From Gammaproteobacteria bacterium (GTDB lineage Bacteria; Pseudomonadota; Gammaproteobacteria; Eutrophobiales; Eutrophobiaceae): DNA of 64,000 nt. The stretch is taken from assembly GCA_965116495.1 (NCBI GenBank), contig OZ220696.1, positions 2,688,001 through 2,752,000 of the forward strand. The letters are read 5' to 3'. Positions 59,964-64,000 of the stretch are shown here, piece by piece; position 1 is the first letter of the stretch; each line of letters starts with the position of its first letter. The notes beneath the pieces are model-generated. The model searched no databases, was not told the DNA's origin, and saw only the letters and a list, made by a program, of their open reading frames with translations. The position numbers and the translations under genes are program-made.

Positions 59964-61262
59964 ATGACGACAAATACCAACGATATCAACCAGGTCGAAG
60001 AACAGCCGGCGACCTATAACAAGAATTTCCAGATCATGCTGATTGCAGGGCTGGTGTTTGTCGTTGTAGTCATGGTTTACGCGTCCTTGTTCCAATCCGG
60101 TCCCGGGGACGGGAAAATAGAAGAGCATGTACAGCGGGAAATCAGGAAACAAACGCTATCTGATCCGGAGCAGGAATTCCGCGAACAGATAAAAAGTCAG
60201 GAACAACGCCTGCAAAAACAAAGAGCGCAAGATATCTCGGAGCAACGGGAATATGTCGATGAAATAACCGACGAATTGTTGCAAAACAATGAACAGGTAT
60301 TGCATGAGATGTTGACCGGGACAAAATCACCCGTGGAAGTCTGGAAAGAGTCCGAGACTGTCCGGGTGCGTCAATCAAGACAGGCTGAGTTCAATTTTGA
60401 GATTTTCGGCGGCATGACGGATACACTGCAGCAGCCGACGGACAGGCTGGATGACGGGTTCCTGCAACAGGAGCAGACAATCCTGGCAGAACTGCAACGA
60501 CGCGCTGACCGGCAGCCGAATCTGTCTGTTATATCTACCGATTATGTTCCGGGGGCAGATCCGTTATCGCAGTTGCTGACCCGGGAAGACCAGGCGCCTG
60601 AAACAGCGCGCCATTTTAATCTGGCAGGTTATCCGGAATCTGATCTCAGCCATCCGCCGGGTGATGAATTCAAGCTGTTGTCTATCGGTTCGATCATGCA
60701 GGCAAAGCTGGACCAGAAAGTCATTTCCGATTACGCCGGACCGTATCGGTGCAGGATTGAACAGAACGTTATGGATGTTACGCAGAAACACGTGTTAATC
60801 CCGGCCGGCTCCCTGTGTACGGGTCAAGTGTTGCAGACCGGCTCCGCACATCCCAATCGCATTATCAATAACCGGATGGCTTTGTCCATGCGCTGGATAA
60901 TCAGACCGGACGGCACCAAGATCAAATTTATCAGTCAAGCCCTCGACCACGAGGGTATTGGCGCGCTGAAAGGAGAAACCGACTATCACTTCCTGGCCCG
61001 CTTCAGCGGCGCGGCGGCTTTCGCCTTGTTATCCAGCGAAACTTCCAGGGCGGACTACAGTAGCGGCGGCTCCGGAACGACTTTTGAGTCAGATGTGGGT
61101 CATGCCTTGCGCGACGCCGGTGCTGACCTGACTGCGCCGTATGCCGGCCTGGTCCCGACACAGACTTTGAATTATGGCCAGAAATTACGTCTGTTCGTCT
61201 CTGAGGACATGTATATCTCGCCCTGGAGAGACGTGTATCAACGCTTGCTGAGTCTGAGGTAA
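59964..61262 (+). CDS. VirB10/TrbI core protein
   Basis: N-terminal TM and coiled coil; C-terminal GSIMQAKL...ISDYAG, VLIPAGS, PTQTLNYGQKLRLFVSED. Confidence 0.85.
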   Translation: MTTNTNDINQVEEQPATYNKNFQIMLIAGLVFVVVVMVYASLFQSGPGDGKIEEHVQREIRKQTLSDPEQEFREQIKSQEQRLQKQRAQDISEQREYVDEITDELLQNNEQVLHEMLTGTKSPVEVWKESETVRVRQSRQAEFNFEIFGGMTDTLQQPTDRLDDGFLQQEQTILAELQRRADRQPNLSVISTDYVPGADPLSQLLTREDQAPETARHFNLAGYPESDLSHPPGDEFKLLSIGSIMQAKLDQKVISDYAGPYRCRIEQNVMDVTQKHVLIPAGSLCTGQVLQTGSAHPNRIINNRMALSMRWIIRPDGTKIKFISQALDHEGIGALKGETDYHFLARFSGAAAFALLSSETSRADYSSGGSGTTFESDVGHALRDAGADLTAPYAGLVPTQTLNYGQKLRLFVSEDMYISPWRDVYQRLLSLR

Positions 61263-62188
61263 TGAGTACTGCAATGAAAAAAGTTGTGCCGCGACGCGCA
61301 ACCATGCCTTTCTGGACGGTTACTTTTGCCTGTTGCCTCCTGGTTTTATTCAGTGGGTGTTCATGGATTCGGACACTGGAAGAAAATATAAGATTTTCAC
61401 TTCAACGTAGTGATTCACTGACAACCGCCTTGCCCACTGTTGAGGTACCGGTACGAATGCTCTTTCCAGACGGGACACATACGGTAGAGGGGGCCATCAG
61501 CTATATGCTGGAACCGCATTCATACCGTCCGGCAATTCGAAATACAGCTGGTGATGTTATCGCTGAACGTACATTCATCAATAATTTCAACAATGATCCT
61601 GTGCCTTTACACGTCGCGATAGAACGTCTGATGGGGCGGGACGGCCAAATCATACTGGACAGGAACAGGAAGCTGTATGCGTTTCGCGCAAGACAACCGG
61701 ATGAGGCAAGTATTGCCTTTTCTGATTTAACTACTACGACCGTCGCGATTACAAGTAATAAATCAGAGAATTACACAGCAACACTTCAGGAACAAGACGG
61801 TGGACTTGTTCATGAGCGTGAAGACAACATGTCGCCTGTTACTGAACAGGTGGCAAAAAACACGGATGATTACTTTTCCGAAAAATCGAACGGTGAAAGA
61901 ATACCCGCTGAAACAGGTGAATTCTGTTTTTCCATTCATTTCAGGAATCAGTCCATGCTATCCGCTTCAGTTCAGGATTATTTCTTACGCTGCGGCTTTG
62001 ACGAGGTGTCCTGGAGTCTCGGTGAACCTGGCAGATATGCAGATTACCGCCTCCTTCAGAGCATCAACCTGCCTTTGCCCGAACGCCAGCAGGACCTGAT
62101 CGAATTCCTGCAATCCCGTTTCGGCATTAAAACCCTAATTCATGATAACAACCGGGTTGAATTCTACGATGAAAATAGTTCATTTTAA
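61262..62188 (+). CDS. Lipoprotein, PilL/TcpQ-like type IVb pilus accessory protein
   Basis: Lipobox FSGC; TVEGAISYMLEP..Y and VSW.....DYRL patterns; precedes a secretin. Confidence 0.5.
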   Translation: MSTAMKKVVPRRATMPFWTVTFACCLLVLFSGCSWIRTLEENIRFSLQRSDSLTTALPTVEVPVRMLFPDGTHTVEGAISYMLEPHSYRPAIRNTAGDVIAERTFINNFNNDPVPLHVAIERLMGRDGQIILDRNRKLYAFRARQPDEASIAFSDLTTTTVAITSNKSENYTATLQEQDGGLVHEREDNMSPVTEQVAKNTDDYFSEKSNGERIPAETGEFCFSIHFRNQSMLSASVQDYFLRCGFDEVSWSLGEPGRYADYRLLQSINLPLPERQQDLIEFLQSRFGIKTLIHDNNRVEFYDENSSF

Positions 62189-63752
62189 AAAATCGGGCTG
62201 CATTTCCTGTGAATGGTTGGGCAATTTGTTCACGACATGCAGGCTTTTGATTGTATTGCCCGTGCTGGTGACGATGGCCTGTAGTGAAAATATAAAACAG
62301 CGAGAAAAAGAAATCAGTGATGCCAGGGAACGTCACAGACAGATCCTGGAAGAACAACAGACAGTACGGGCCATCAACACCCGGGCCAAACGCGTTGACG
62401 TGCCGAAGGAAAAAGCCTGGTTTTACCGATCTTACCGGGCCACATACAAAAACCAGGGACTGCGGGAGACCCTCGAACGATTGACGCCGGGGTATCCCAT
62501 TGCTTACGCGCTACCCGAAAAATACAATCCCAGGATCAGTTCCTCCCCCGATGCCGCCACCGTGGAAGACCACCTGAATGCCATTTCTCTGCAAGCCAAT
62601 GTCGGCTACGAATTCCACCAGGGCATCTTGCTGATCACGCCGATGACCACGAAAAAGTATGAAGTCCCACTGTACGGAGGTGGCAACAACATCATCAATG
62701 TCAGCAGCAACAACCTGGGAAGCGCTCAGAACAAAGCCTCTGGGTTTGAAAACAACGTCACCAGCCAGCTGTCCGCGGAGAACGATATTCACCAGTTGGT
62801 CAATACTGTCCTGGGCATTCAATACTGTGAACATGGCGCTGATGAAACGGGAGACGAGACAGGTACACTGGAAACCTACACCTATAACGACAAGGAATGT
62901 TACAGCATCAGTTCGACCGGCAACCTGCTTTCCATCACGGCCAGACCTCAACGGATCGTCATGTTTGACGAAGCCTACGAGAAGTGGCTGCAAACTGTCA
63001 CCAGACAGGCCAATATTAAAATCACGGTCGTGCGACTGGACGTAACCGACCTGGCGCAGCAACACGTTGACCTGTCCCTGATTCGCAATGCCAGCATCGC
63101 TGCCAATATCAGTAACCTGACCCAGGATCTGACCAGCAGTGAACTGAATGCCGGCGGCGGTGTATTCAGCCTGAAAATCGATGACCCTGGCAGCCAGTGG
63201 AACACGTCGGAAATAATATTAAGGGCACTGGCCCAGGTGGGCAATCTTTCAATTGACGACACAAAAGAAATCCTGGTTTACAACAATCGCCTGGTAACCA
63301 TCCGCAATTACCGCGTGTACCGCTATGTTGAACAAACCAGCATCCAACAAACCGACTCCGGTGGTACAAGCCTATCCACACCCACCGTGGAAATCGGCGA
63401 ACTGGAAACCGGGCAAGCCATTAATATCCTCCCTACCCTGACCGATGATTTGATTGCGCTGCATATCGTGATAAACGAGGCAAAAATTGATTCGCTCGAT
63501 ACCTATGACATCGCCGGAACTTCCGGTGTTTTGCCGACAAGTTCCGGTAATGACAACATTTTCGATGTCACCATAGAAGACGGCGAAACTGTACTGCTCG
63601 CATCGACCCACCGGGAAGAAGTCGAAGTCAAGACCGACCGCTCCGGCTTGTTGCCGGTCTGGCCGTTCAACCGGTTGACTGGAAATTCCGAATCCGGCGG
63701 CAAGCGACTGACCCAGACGCTGTTTTTAATCCAGGCAGCCTTCAAATTATGA
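62169..63752 (+). CDS. Lipoprotein secretin (PilN/BfpB/TcpC-like)
   Basis: Lipobox TMAC, N3-like STGNLLSITARP, ILRALAQVGNLS, GQAINILPT, IEDGETVLLA, TLFLIQA. Confidence 0.75.
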   Translation: MKIVHFKKSGCISCEWLGNLFTTCRLLIVLPVLVTMACSENIKQREKEISDARERHRQILEEQQTVRAINTRAKRVDVPKEKAWFYRSYRATYKNQGLRETLERLTPGYPIAYALPEKYNPRISSSPDAATVEDHLNAISLQANVGYEFHQGILLITPMTTKKYEVPLYGGGNNIINVSSNNLGSAQNKASGFENNVTSQLSAENDIHQLVNTVLGIQYCEHGADETGDETGTLETYTYNDKECYSISSTGNLLSITARPQRIVMFDEAYEKWLQTVTRQANIKITVVRLDVTDLAQQHVDLSLIRNASIAANISNLTQDLTSSELNAGGGVFSLKIDDPGSQWNTSEIILRALAQVGNLSIDDTKEILVYNNRLVTIRNYRVYRYVEQTSIQQTDSGGTSLSTPTVEIGELETGQAINILPTLTDDLIALHIVINEAKIDSLDTYDIAGTSGVLPTSSGNDNIFDVTIEDGETVLLASTHREEVEVKTDRSGLLPVWPFNRLTGNSESGGKRLTQTLFLIQAAFKL

Positions 63753-64000
63753 TTGAGACAATCAACATCGGCGCACGCGAAATCGACCTGTGCATCAACG
63801 CAGAAAGCCAGACCCTGCCGGAGGAACGGCGCGCCTGGTTGTATGTGAATAAACAACTCAGCGCGGTAAAGAAAAAGTATTACCTGGAATCCGAAGGATT
63901 CATTTTTCTTGATGAAGGAAAGGCCATCTCCATTGCCGCGCAGATTGTCAAATGGATACATACGGACATACGCCCGGGCCGGCACTACATTTTTTTGCCA
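63749..64000 (+). CDS. Hypothetical protein, 3'-truncated (position of PilO-like genes)
   Basis: ATGA overlap with the secretin stop; frame MIETINIGAREIDL... is open to the window end. Confidence 0.6.
   Translation, partial: MIETINIGAREIDLCINAESQTLPEERRAWLYVNKQLSAVKKKYYLESEGFIFLDEGKAISIAAQIVKWIHTDIRPGRHYIFLP

Overview
Probable gammaproteobacterial chromosome segment. It opens with conserved cell-wall genes (mltB-rlpA-dacA-dat). A ~47 kb catabolic accessory region follows (about 3.9-51.3 kb). It contains: an IS1182 element abutting a structured MITE; a (halo)hydroquinone ring-cleavage cluster with two unrelated hydroquinone dioxygenases, maleylacetate reductase, a fused CoA-transferase and a collapsed PcpB-like monooxygenase remnant; orphan mauE-mauD; a taurine/sulfoacetaldehyde module (xsc, tauR, pta, aminotransferase, SoxC/cytochrome c) interleaved with a TonB receptor, MFS transporters and two paralogous Rieske oxygenases that share a candidate TauR box; an IS-disrupted MFS gene; and a divergent unit of TonB receptor/flavoprotein/Rieske oxygenase versus three tandem GSTs, a catabolic (NpRdhA-type) B12 reductive dehalogenase and a Zn-thiol-transferase-like protein. 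After tadA-nnrU-pncC-thpR the window ends in an operon of virB4-B5-B6-B8-B9-B10 running directly into type IVb pilus-like genes (PilL/TcpQ-like protein, secretin). No rRNA, tRNA or CRISPR array was seen. One long ORF in the supplied track (24670..25704) is on the minus strand, not plus. All family assignments come from motif recognition by eye; no database search was run.
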